Shown: one piece after another, positions 29,890-38,720 of the stretch
How positions within the stretch are numbered: position 1 is the stretch's first letter
How the letters are laid out: the number at the start of each line of letters is the position of its first letter
NCBI GenBank assembly: GCA_002373695.1
Contig: DFLH01000011.1
Coordinates: 1-62,746, forward strand
Source: Verrucomicrobia bacterium UBA3624
Lineage (GTDB): Bacteria; Verrucomicrobiota; Kiritimatiellia; RFP12; UBA1067
Direction of reading: 5' to 3'
Length of the DNA stretch: 62,746 nt
Notes under the pieces: model-generated
Told to the model about the DNA's origin: nothing
Seen by the model: the letters and a program-made list of their open reading frames with translations, nothing else
Databases searched by the model: none
Made by a program: the position numbers and the translations under genes

Positions 29890-30560
29890 CGCTCCTCGTG
29901 GCAGGTGCGTCGTCCGGCATAGGACGGGCTGTGGCCATCGAAGCGTCGCATCGCATGGCCAAATGCGTTCTGACAGCCCGTCGTGAAGACGAGCTTGAAC
30001 GGACCCGTTCGATGATGGAATGCCCGTCAAGGCATGTGATCGCGCCTGTCGACTTTTCCGAAACCGAGGCGCGAGACATTGCTCTCATGCGCCTGTTCAC
30101 GGACGAAGGGCCGTTCGACGGGGTGGTGTATTCGGTCGGCGTGTGCCCGGTGCTGCCGCTCCACCGGCTCGACACCGAATCATTTGAACAGGCGCTGCGC
30201 GTCAATTGCGGCGGATTCATAGCATTGATGCGCGCGTTTGCCGCCCGTGGCGCCCATGCCGCCGGTGGCGCGGCCGCAGTGGCGGTCTCGTCCATATCGG
30301 CCAGGGAGGGATGGCCGGGGGGCGCCGCCTACTGCGCCTCCAAAGGCGCGTTGTCCGCCGCGGTACGGGCGTTGGCGGCTGAACTGGCCCCGAAACGCAT
30401 CCGCGTGGAAGCCATCGAACCGTCTCACGTCATGACGCCAATGTTCGAGAACGGCGCCGCAAGGATGGGCGTTCCGGCCTCGTCCGCAGTGCGGCCTGAG
30501 ACCGTTGCCCGGGAAATCCTCGACCGCCTGGCCTCGCCGACGGTCGCGAACTCGCCATGA
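29886..30560 (+). CDS. SDR family oxidoreductase
   Basis: GASSGIG and YCASK motifs; ATGA overlap with the upstream gene. Confidence 0.9.
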   Translation: MTLLVAGASSGIGRAVAIEASHRMAKCVLTARREDELERTRSMMECPSRHVIAPVDFSETEARDIALMRLFTDEGPFDGVVYSVGVCPVLPLHRLDTESFEQALRVNCGGFIALMRAFAARGAHAAGGAAAVAVSSISAREGWPGGAAYCASKGALSAAVRALAAELAPKRIRVEAIEPSHVMTPMFENGAARMGVPASSAVRPETVAREILDRLASPTVANSP

Positions 30561-30567
30561 CAGAACC

Positions 30568-31857
30568 GTGGACAGGGACCTGAAAGCATATTTCACCGTC
30601 ATCGGCCTGCCCGCCGTCGCATTTGCGATCGGCGGACTGCTGCTTTTGCATCTTGCCTACAGGCAGGGCCAGGAAGATGTGGCCGCAGCGCGTCATGAAC
30701 GCGGAGAAGGCGTCGCCAAGCATCTGCAGCAGGCAATGAAAGCGCGGGATTCCCTTGTTGAGCGAACCGCCGTGCTGCGGAAATTCCTGGAATCCGCAGA
30801 TACGAACGGCACGACACTCGTGACGGGAGCGTTCATATGGAAGAAAGGGTCTGGCGCGATCTGGCATACGAATCTGACAGCGTCCGCGATTTCACTGCTT
30901 GGGCCGGACATGAAATGGCGCGCCAACCAGAAAAAGGGCTTGGGATCTCCTCGCGGATGGTTCCCTGAAGAGTCCAGCGGCGACGCAATAGCCTGGGCAC
31001 GCCTCGGGAACAGCGAAGTGGCCGGCCTGACCATCGGCATGCACGACAACCTCAAGGGGCAAGATCCTACCACCTTGTTCGCCGCCGGCATATGTCTTGT
31101 GGCGCTTCTTTCATGTTCGCTGTCGGCCGGTGGATGGCTTCTGGCGCGCGCAGCCCACAGGGCGCGCGAGGAATCTCTCAGGAAAGCGACGTTCATCGAC
31201 AACCTGTCCCATGAGCTGAAGATGCCTCTCGCCGTAGTGCGCCTGAAAATCGAGCGTCTGCTGTCAGGCCGCATGACTGATCCGGGGAAACTCCATGCCG
31301 CCTATCAGACGATAGCCAGCGAAAACAACGAGATGATCCGCCAGATAGACGCCCTCCTCGAACTGGTACGGACGGGAAAGGGCACCCGCCGCTACACGCC
31401 GGAATCGTTCGACATGGCCGCCATGGCGCGTGAAATGGCGGCGTCGTTCGCGGAACGTTTCGCCGCAGCCGGCATCTCGGTTGTGGCGGAAGGGCCGGTC
31501 TGCGTCCGGGCGGATGTTTCCGCCACTCGCCAGATAATCTGCAATCTCCTGGACAATGCCGCAAAATATGCAGCGGCGGCCGGCCCTGTCACGGTTAAGC
31601 TGTCGCGCTCCGATGGCATGGCATGCATGTCCGTGATCGACTGCGGGACCGGAATCCCGGCCCATCTTAGAGAGGCGGTATTCGACCGCTTCTACAGGAT
31701 AGACGACGATCTGACGCGTACCACAGGCGGCGCAGGCATAGGTCTCAGCCTGGCGCGCTGCTTCGCCCGCGACATGGGCGGCGACATAACCGTTTCTGAA
31801 CGAAATGGCGGAGGATGCGTATTCACGCTCCAGCTTCCGGAGGACGCCCATGGCTGA
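30568..31857 (+). CDS. Membrane sensor histidine kinase
   Basis: Two TM segments; SHELKMPL, NLLDNAAKY, DCGTGI and GAGIGL motifs. Start codon approximate. Confidence 0.9.
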   Translation: MDRDLKAYFTVIGLPAVAFAIGGLLLLHLAYRQGQEDVAAARHERGEGVAKHLQQAMKARDSLVERTAVLRKFLESADTNGTTLVTGAFIWKKGSGAIWHTNLTASAISLLGPDMKWRANQKKGLGSPRGWFPEESSGDAIAWARLGNSEVAGLTIGMHDNLKGQDPTTLFAAGICLVALLSCSLSAGGWLLARAAHRAREESLRKATFIDNLSHELKMPLAVVRLKIERLLSGRMTDPGKLHAAYQTIASENNEMIRQIDALLELVRTGKGTRRYTPESFDMAAMAREMAASFAERFAAAGISVVAEGPVCVRADVSATRQIICNLLDNAAKYAAAAGPVTVKLSRSDGMACMSVIDCGTGIPAHLREAVFDRFYRIDDDLTRTTGGAGIGLSLARCFARDMGGDITVSERNGGGCVFTLQLPEDAHG

Positions 31858-32548
31858 AATTCTCGTGATTGAAGACGACCTGGCATTCCGCGAATCCCTC
31901 GCAGACATGCTGGAAGATGCCGGCCATGCCGTGCGCACGGCGCCAAATGGCGCGCAGGGGCTGGCGGCCTTTGCGGAGAAATGCCCTGATATCGTGCTGC
32001 TTGACGTCATGATGCCAGGGCGGGACGGATTCAGCGTATGCGCGGAGATGCGAGCAAAGAACCCGCTGGTTCCGATTCTCATGCTGACCGCAAAGAACGC
32101 CGAGCGTGACCGCGTCAGGGGGCTCCAGCGTGGAGCAGACGACTACATAGACAAGACCGTAGGCACGCAAGAGCTTCTGGCAAGGATAGGCGCCGCCCTT
32201 CGCCGTGCTGGAGCCATCGCCGCTCACGTGCCGGATGCCAAGCCCGGGCTGGGCTCCTCTTTCATGTTCGGGGCCCATCGCGTGGACGGCACGCGGTATC
32301 GTCTGATAGACCAGCGTGGCCGCGAACATCCGCTGGCGCCACGCGAGGTGCGAATGCTGAAATTCCTTGCGGAACATGCAGGCGAATCTATCGCCCGCGA
32401 GGCTTTTATCGATTTCCTCTGGGATGGAGAATATGCAGGCACTACGAGATCCATAGACCAGGCCATATGGAGGCTCAGGGAAAAGCTCGGAACGGACGGC
32501 AGGAAGATCAAGACCGTCCACGGGGCCGGTTACGCATATCGTCCGTGA
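31850..32548 (+). CDS. OmpR-family response regulator
   Basis: ILVIEDD, LLDVMMP, GADDYIDK; winged-helix LREKL..TVHGAGY. Confidence 0.95.
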   Translation: MAEILVIEDDLAFRESLADMLEDAGHAVRTAPNGAQGLAAFAEKCPDIVLLDVMMPGRDGFSVCAEMRAKNPLVPILMLTAKNAERDRVRGLQRGADDYIDKTVGTQELLARIGAALRRAGAIAAHVPDAKPGLGSSFMFGAHRVDGTRYRLIDQRGREHPLAPREVRMLKFLAEHAGESIAREAFIDFLWDGEYAGTTRSIDQAIWRLREKLGTDGRKIKTVHGAGYAYRP

Positions 32549-32575
32549 ATTGCAAGCGAAATGAGGCTCCTTTGA

Positions 32576-32879
32576 GAAAATTTGGTTCTTCAAAGAATTT
32601 TGTGGAACGAATCCGATTCCGTCGGTAAGACTCCGATGGCATCAAAGAGGCTTCGCTAACGCTACGCCTGATATGCTTTGTGCCCAATGCCAACGCACTA
32701 TTTGCACGAAACTTCCCTGGACGGCTTTGGAAACTGCGGCAAAGCCGCAGTTTGAAATGGGATGTAGAAGTAGATATGGAGGTGCGAAAGATCTGCGGAG
32801 CCTTCTGCGAAGCGTTAGCGGAGCGTCTTTGATTCGCATCGGAGTTTCCACAAAAAACTTGGAAGACCCGAAAATTTTT
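32576..32879. repeat. Long imperfect inverted-repeat element with central hairpin (MITE/REPIN-like or structured RNA)
   Basis: 32630-32663 pairs with 32811-32845, 32576-32608 pairs with 32846-32879, and there is a perfect 10-bp stem at 32731-32753. Confidence 0.7.
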
Positions 32880-33038
32880 GCGAGGCGCTTTGGAAGCAAT
32901 CCAAACCGTCTAATTGACATGTCCTTTCGTGTGTCGAGCTGCTGTCGATGGTGCGGCTGGACATGCGCGAGCGCCCCGCCGCTTCTTCGGGTTCGAGATG
33001 GCGGACGCCGGTCACGGTCGGCAAGCCGCCCGAACGTA

Positions 33039-33797
33039 TCAATCCGCTCCGCAACCGGCGGAACATTCGGCTGGAATTCTTCCTGACAGCATCCGTGGCA
33101 GCACCCGCTCGAAGCCGAGACGGTCCAGCATCTTGCAGAAGCGTTCGCCCGGCAGGCCGTTGGACCGGTAGAAGTTCAGCACATTCTCGATGAACGCGAG
33201 CACGCTCTCTTCGTCCGGCAGGATCTCCGGCACTTCGCGTCCGGCCGCGCCGGTGCGTCCCCAGTGCCCGCCAAGGAAAATCCTGTAGCCGCGTCCGCCG
33301 CCCGGCAGCACAGCGCCCGCTACGCCAAGGTCGTTCAGGTTGGGCTTGACGCAGTTGTTGGGGCATCCACCCACGCCGATCTTGAACTTCGCCGGAAGCG
33401 CCACGCCATGCCATCCCTCGTAGAAACTCCTGTGGATCTTCTCCGAAAGCGCAAAGGTGTCGATCAGCCCATGCGGGCAGAGCGTCCCCTTGCAGGAGAC
33501 GACCGGCCGCACACGCGGCCCCGTGCCGCCCACGGCAAGCCCGACGGCCGCAAGCGCCTCCTCAAACTCCTTGATCATCGCCGCAGGAACGCCAGGGACC
33601 TCCACGGACATGCGCGACGTGAACGTCACTTCGCCGCGTCCGAACCGCCGTGCGGCCGCGGCGAGCGCCTGCAGCTGGTCGGACGCCATTTTCCCGCTCA
33701 CGGCAACGACACGCGCCGAAAAGGTGCCGCCTCCCTTGTTGATGAGCCATCCGCGCCCCTTCAATGCCTTGATATCCTCTCTATCCATGGCCGACAT
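33039..33797 (-). CDS. Small nitrite/sulfite reductase-family (AsrC-like) siroheme-[4Fe-4S] protein
   Basis: FTSR..E, VSCKGTLCPHG (Cx5C), LPAKFKIGVGGCPNNC (Cx3C) and GERF motifs. Confidence 0.8.
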   Translation of the reverse strand: MSAMDREDIKALKGRGWLINKGGGTFSARVVAVSGKMASDQLQALAAAARRFGRGEVTFTSRMSVEVPGVPAAMIKEFEEALAAVGLAVGGTGPRVRPVVSCKGTLCPHGLIDTFALSEKIHRSFYEGWHGVALPAKFKIGVGGCPNNCVKPNLNDLGVAGAVLPGGGRGYRIFLGGHWGRTGAAGREVPEILPDEESVLAFIENVLNFYRSNGLPGERFCKMLDRLGFERVLPRMLSGRIPAECSAGCGAD

Positions 33798-33922
33798 TCA
33801 CCTGCCTTTGCAATCCGAAAGGCGTACATGATACCATATCATGGCCGTGCCGTGGAAGACCGTAAATGCCTTTGGCCAGGTCGTAATTTACGCTTATTCC
33901 TGAATGTGGTATGTTATGTGGC

Positions 33923-34801
33923 ATGGACTTAAGAATACTCAGATATTTTCTCGCTGTGGCGGAGGAAGGGAATATCACCCGTGCCGCTGCACGGCTCCAC
34001 GTCTCGCAGCCCGCGCTTTCGACGCAGCTCGCCGCGCTTGAAGACGAACTCGGCCAGAAGCTGTTCGAGCGCAGGGCTCGCGGAACCACGTTGACGGAAA
34101 AAGGCATCGCCCTCAAGCGGCGTGCCGACGACCTCGTGGATCTCGCCGAGCGCATCGAGACGGAAATCAAGTCCAAAGATTCCGGCGAACTTGCGGGTAC
34201 GCTCTCCATCGGCGCCGGCGAGACGCCGGCGTTCCGCTTCGTGGCCCGTGCGGCAAACGAACTTCACCGTGACAACCCCAGATTGCACTTCTCCGTCACG
34301 TCGGGCAACGGCGAGGACATCATCGCCCATCTGCGCGAGGGGACCTTCGACCTTGGCGTGCTTGTCGGCCCCGGGCGCTACGACGGATTCGACTACCTGA
34401 CGTTGCACTACACGCACCGTTGGGGACTTGCCGTCAGGAAGGATTCGCCGTTCGCCGCGAAGAAACGAATCTCGCCAAAGGACGCAAGAGGAATTCCGCT
34501 CATCTGTTCGCGGCAGGCGATGGTGAAGGAGTTTCTCGCCGGGTGGTTCGGCTGCCCGTTCGGGAAGCTGGACGTGGTCGCCAACTACAATCTCATCTAC
34601 AACGCGGCCGTCTTGGTCGAGGCGGGTCTCGGCGCGGCGGTCTGCATCGACGGGATGATCCCGCAGGAGTTCGCCGGGCGCGTCGTGTTCCGCCCGTTCT
34701 CGCCCGCGCTCGCAAGCGATGTCTATCTCGCATGGCGCAAGAACACACCTCTGTCCCCAGCCGCCAAAGCGCTCGTCGATGCGCTCAGAAGGGACGCCTA
34801 A
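33923..34801 (+). CDS. LysR-family transcriptional regulator, divergent from the reductase gene
   Basis: LRYFLAVAEEGNITRAA..LHVSQPALS HTH. Confidence 0.95.
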   Translation: MDLRILRYFLAVAEEGNITRAAARLHVSQPALSTQLAALEDELGQKLFERRARGTTLTEKGIALKRRADDLVDLAERIETEIKSKDSGELAGTLSIGAGETPAFRFVARAANELHRDNPRLHFSVTSGNGEDIIAHLREGTFDLGVLVGPGRYDGFDYLTLHYTHRWGLAVRKDSPFAAKKRISPKDARGIPLICSRQAMVKEFLAGWFGCPFGKLDVVANYNLIYNAAVLVEAGLGAAVCIDGMIPQEFAGRVVFRPFSPALASDVYLAWRKNTPLSPAAKALVDALRRDA

Positions 34802-34857
34802 AGCCATCCGCGGCACTTTACGCAGACGGCATGGCCGGCATTGCAGATGCAGCCGCG

Positions 34858-35199
34858 TTATCTTGCCCTGCATTCTTCAAGTACCGGACATACGGTTGAC
34901 GAGTCGTGGTTCGTCCATTCAAATGGAAATGTCCTGCATTTGTCGGGTTTAACGGGATTGATAAGACAAAGGCCATCCTCTGCAAGATAGGCACACGCAC
35001 CGTCAGGACGGTTTTTGAGCATCAAGCTTTTGCGGTCGGGAGCGATTTCAGTCTCATGCGCTATGAACTCCATCTCCGGCACCTTGAGAAATGCGGCGAT
35101 ACGTGCGACTTCATCATCAGACACCCGCACGATCCCATCCTTGATGCGGCAGCACGCCCCGCACATCCGGCATTTGAAATCTTTCAATCCATTATCCAT
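34858..35199 (-). CDS. YkgJ-family cysteine cluster protein (CxxCxxCC)
   Basis: FKCRMCGACC, CAYL..C.I..KPDKCRTFPF motifs. Confidence 0.85.
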   Translation of the reverse strand: MDNGLKDFKCRMCGACCRIKDGIVRVSDDEVARIAAFLKVPEMEFIAHETEIAPDRKSLMLKNRPDGACAYLAEDGLCLINPVKPDKCRTFPFEWTNHDSSTVCPVLEECRAR

Positions 35200-35286
35200 T
35201 CTTCATGCCGTCCCAATTCCTGACCCGCTGCACCATCCGTTGCTTTCCATGTCTTTATCCCCACGCACCCGTCATTGCCGCCAAAA

Positions 35287-36192
35287 TCACAGTCCATCTG
35301 GAGAAACCGGCTCCACGTGGATCACGGCATCCACCATACCGATACCTGACGACAAGATAGCAGATTTCACCTCATGTCCGATTGCATGTCCCTGTAAAAG
35401 GGACATGTCCCTTGCCACCTGTACGTGCAGATCGCATTGCAACGTGCCGCCATACCGGCGAATTCGTATCTTGTGCACTCGCAACACTCCTGGAACAGCC
35501 AGTGCGATACGTTCTACATCATCCACGGCGGCACGACAATTGGCATCGGTCAGAGCATGAAACGCCGGTTTGGCGATCTGCCAGGCTACACGCAGGATGA
35601 ATATGCCCACAAGTAGCGCCCCGGCGGCATCAAGCCACTTGAGCGACGGGTAGAAATGAGCGACCGCAACCGCCACAGCCACAGGCATTGAACTAATCGC
35701 ATCGGACCGATGGTGCCATGCGTTCGCCTCCGTCGCTGGCGAGTTGAGTCGTTTCGCAACGGCATGCGTCCAACGATAGAGCGCCTCCTTCGCAACCACG
35801 GATACAAGGGCCACGACGAATGCCATTGCGTCCGGCGAGGAACTTCCACCCTGAAAGAGCGCGCAAAGCCCCTTCCATCCGATCTCCAGCGCCACGCCTG
35901 CTATCATAAGACCGATGAAGGCGGTTACGACCGCCTCTATCTTGCCGTGTCCGTAGGGATGGCTTTCATCGGCAGGGGAAATCCAGAACTTGACTCCCAA
36001 CACCAGAACAGCATCGGTTATCAGATCGGAAAGCGAATGTACCGCGTCTGCCAGAAGCGCCTGCGACGAGAACGCCAGGCCACCGGCGAACTTCACCGCG
36101 GCGATCAACAGGTTCACTGTCGCACCTGCGTACGCCACACGCCGCACCAAGGCAATGGCAGCCTGTTCATTCTTTTCCATTACGTCAGGCAC
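35287..36192 (-). CDS. Cation diffusion facilitator (FieF-like) transporter
   Basis: ADAVHSLSD, HPYGHGKIE, AWHHRSD and IHVEP motifs. Confidence 0.95.
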   Translation of the reverse strand: MPDVMEKNEQAAIALVRRVAYAGATVNLLIAAVKFAGGLAFSSQALLADAVHSLSDLITDAVLVLGVKFWISPADESHPYGHGKIEAVVTAFIGLMIAGVALEIGWKGLCALFQGGSSSPDAMAFVVALVSVVAKEALYRWTHAVAKRLNSPATEANAWHHRSDAISSMPVAVAVAVAHFYPSLKWLDAAGALLVGIFILRVAWQIAKPAFHALTDANCRAAVDDVERIALAVPGVLRVHKIRIRRYGGTLQCDLHVQVARDMSLLQGHAIGHEVKSAILSSGIGMVDAVIHVEPVSPDGL

Positions 36193-36237
36193 GGTGAATT
36201 CAGAATGCCTATGACCTCTGCAAAGCCAATCAACCGG

Positions 36238-38313
36238 CTATCTCGCCAACAGCTCTTCGCGCACGTTGCGCGGCACGATGTCAAAGCTGTCAGGCTCCAT
36301 GGAATACGAGGCGCGTCCTTTGGTGAGCGAGCGAATCGCCGTGGCATAACCAAACATCTGCGCCATCGGCACACGGGCATGAACCACCTGCATGTCGCTG
36401 CGCTGTTCCATGTCCAGCACCGTTCCGCGACGGCCGTTGAGGTCGCCGAGCACTTCACCCACGGATTCTGGCGGCGTTGTGATCTCAAGTTTCATGATGG
36501 GCTCGAGGAATTCAGGTTTCGCCGCCTCTGCCGCCTCGCGAAAACCCATCACCGCCGCGCCGCGCAGAGCGATCTCGTCCGAAACCTCGGGGTCTACGAG
36601 CGTCACGCCAGTCGCCGTCACGCCGATGTCTGTCATCGGGTAACGGGCAAGGACGCCTGTCATGACGCCATCCATCAGGCCTTGCGTTATGCATTCTTCG
36701 AGCTTGGGATCTGGCAACGCCATCTTGACGGCACGCCCGATCTCCACTTTTCTGCCGGCGCCGCGATCAAGGGGGGTGATCTCCATGGTCAAAGTCACGG
36801 CGTGACGCTTGCCGCCGAGTTCGCGGTCGAAGGTGAATTCCTTCACTGCCGGCTGCGTCACGGTTTCAACGTAGCTGACCATAGGCTTGCCGACGTTAGC
36901 CGCGCACTTGAACTCGCGCTTGAGCCGGTCCACGAGTATCTCCAGGTGGAGTTCGCCCATGCCGGAGAGGATGGTCTGGCCTGTCTCGTCGTCCTGCCGC
37001 ACCTGGCATGTGGGGTCTTCCGCCGCCAGCTGCGCCATGGATTCAACGAGCTTGTCCTTGTCCGCCCCGCTCTTCGGCTCGATGGCAAGGAACATGACGG
37101 GCTGCGGCGCGACGATGCGCTCCAGGTAGCACGGCTTCATTTCGGAGCAGAGCGTGTCGCCCGTCGTGCAGTCCTTCAGACCGACAATGGCACCGATGTC
37201 GCCCGCCTTCAGCTCGTCCACCTCTATCTGCTGGTCGGCGAAGAGGCGCACGATCTTCATGATACGCTCACGTTTCTTCGTACGCGGGTTGTATGCGTTC
37301 GCGCCCTTCTTGAGGATGCCGGAATACACGCGCACGAAGTAGAGCCGCCCTACAAACCTGTCGGCGGCGATCTTGAAGACGAGCGACGACAGCAGCTCTT
37401 TTTCGTCCGGCCTGCGAGTTACCTTTTCGCCGCTCTTGAGATCGGTCGCCTCTGTGGCCGAGCGGTCCAGAGGCGACGGCAGATACCAAGCCACGGCGTC
37501 AAGTAGCGGCTGCACGCCCTTGTCACGCAGCGACGTGCCGCAAAGCACCGGCACCATCTGGTTTGAGACGACAAGGCGGCGAATCGCACCCTTCAGTTCG
37601 TCGGATGAAAGGTCTCCTTTCTCCAGATACGCCTCCATCACCCCCTCATCGAGGTCGGCGACCTTTTCGCACAGCTCGGCACGGGCAAGCTCCGCATCGT
37701 CCTTCAGTTCGGCCGGCACGTCGCCTACAGTAAACTTCGCGCCGAGCGACGCCTCGTCGAAGATCACGGACTTCATCTCGACAAGATCTACAACCCCCGT
37801 GAAAGAATCCTCCTTGCCTATCGGCAGCTCGATCGGCACGGCGTTCGCATGCAGCTTGTCACGCATCTCCTGCACGACGCGGCCAAAGTCTGCGCCCATG
37901 CGGTCCATCTTGTTCACAAACGCCAACCGCGGCACTCGATAACGGTCTGCCTGGCGCCAGACCGTCTCGCTCTGCGGCTGGACGCCACCCACCGCACAGA
38001 AGACCCCTACGGCGCCATCGAGGACACGCAGAGACCGTTCCACTTCCATAGTGAAGTCGACATGTCCCGGAGTATCGATGAGATTTATGTTGCAGCCCTT
38101 CCATTCGCACGAGATGGCGGCGGATGTAATGGTGATGCCACGCTCGCGTTCCTGCACCATCCAGTCCGTAGTGGTATCGCCTTCATGCACTTCGCCTATG
38201 GCATGGATCTTGCCGGTGTAAAAGAGGATGCGCTCGGTTGTCGTCGTCTTGCCCGCGTCAATGTGGGCGACGATACCGATATTTCGCACGTTTGAGAGGT
38301 CTCTGGAATCCAT
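36238..38313 (-). CDS. fusA: Elongation factor G, stand-alone paralog
   Basis: [32 protein letters not shown] and GMGELHLE motifs; no rpsL/rpsG/tuf neighbours. Confidence 0.9.
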   Translation of the reverse strand: MDSRDLSNVRNIGIVAHIDAGKTTTTERILFYTGKIHAIGEVHEGDTTTDWMVQERERGITITSAAISCEWKGCNINLIDTPGHVDFTMEVERSLRVLDGAVGVFCAVGGVQPQSETVWRQADRYRVPRLAFVNKMDRMGADFGRVVQEMRDKLHANAVPIELPIGKEDSFTGVVDLVEMKSVIFDEASLGAKFTVGDVPAELKDDAELARAELCEKVADLDEGVMEAYLEKGDLSSDELKGAIRRLVVSNQMVPVLCGTSLRDKGVQPLLDAVAWYLPSPLDRSATEATDLKSGEKVTRRPDEKELLSSLVFKIAADRFVGRLYFVRVYSGILKKGANAYNPRTKKRERIMKIVRLFADQQIEVDELKAGDIGAIVGLKDCTTGDTLCSEMKPCYLERIVAPQPVMFLAIEPKSGADKDKLVESMAQLAAEDPTCQVRQDDETGQTILSGMGELHLEILVDRLKREFKCAANVGKPMVSYVETVTQPAVKEFTFDRELGGKRHAVTLTMEITPLDRGAGRKVEIGRAVKMALPDPKLEECITQGLMDGVMTGVLARYPMTDIGVTATGVTLVDPEVSDEIALRGAAVMGFREAAEAAKPEFLEPIMKLEITTPPESVGEVLGDLNGRRGTVLDMEQRSDMQVVHARVPMAQMFGYATAIRSLTKGRASYSMEPDSFDIVPRNVREELLAR

Positions 38314-38365
38314 GGGCGGATATTATATCAAACAAACGGCGATGTGCACTACGGATGTGTTGAAT

Positions 38366-38398
38366 CACCCTTATCCCGGAAAATCCGGGATAAGGGTG
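38366..38398. terminator. Perfect 15-bp hairpin
   Basis: cacccttatcccgga-aaa-tccgggataagggtg. Confidence 0.6.
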
Positions 38399-38417
38399 CG
38401 CATCTAAGGGACATCGC

Positions 38418-38471
38418 GTTGTGCGTCGTGCGTTTGGGGGCTTACGCCTTGAACGGGTAGACGTCGCGCTT
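38418..38471. repeat. Direct-repeat copy of the hydA 3' end (att-like)
   Basis: 51/54 identical to 45741-45794. Confidence 0.9.
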
Positions 38472-38608
38472 AACGCTACATGTCAACGAGAGAAAGCCCT
38501 TTACAGTCGCTGGCGAGGTTGCGCATGTCGGGGTTTTTCGTGTAGAACACCTCGACCTTGGCCTTTAGGGCGGCGAGGTCAATGCGTTTTGCGTGTCCTT
38601 TCGCCCTG

Positions 38609-38645
38609 TTGACAAACCGCCCGTTGGCAACTGACGGTTTGTCAA
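38609..38645. terminator. Hairpin downstream of the minus-strand island operon
   Basis: ttgacaaaccg ... cggtttgtcaa, an 11-bp inverted repeat. Confidence 0.4.
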
Positions 38646-38720
38646 TGTGACAATTATAGCAGGAATCTTATGCGTCAGCAATACGAAATATTGCAATACG
38701 AGCCGGGACAAGACATCTTG

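Noticed and set aside
32642-33086. Small ORFs over the intergenic inverted-repeat element
   Set aside because: No RBS or motifs; the sequence is better explained by the inverted-repeat structure.
38549-38582. cctttagggcggcgaggtca resembling an IS200/IS605 end
   Set aside because: Short and imperfect, with no tnpA/tnpB remnant nearby; cannot be supported.
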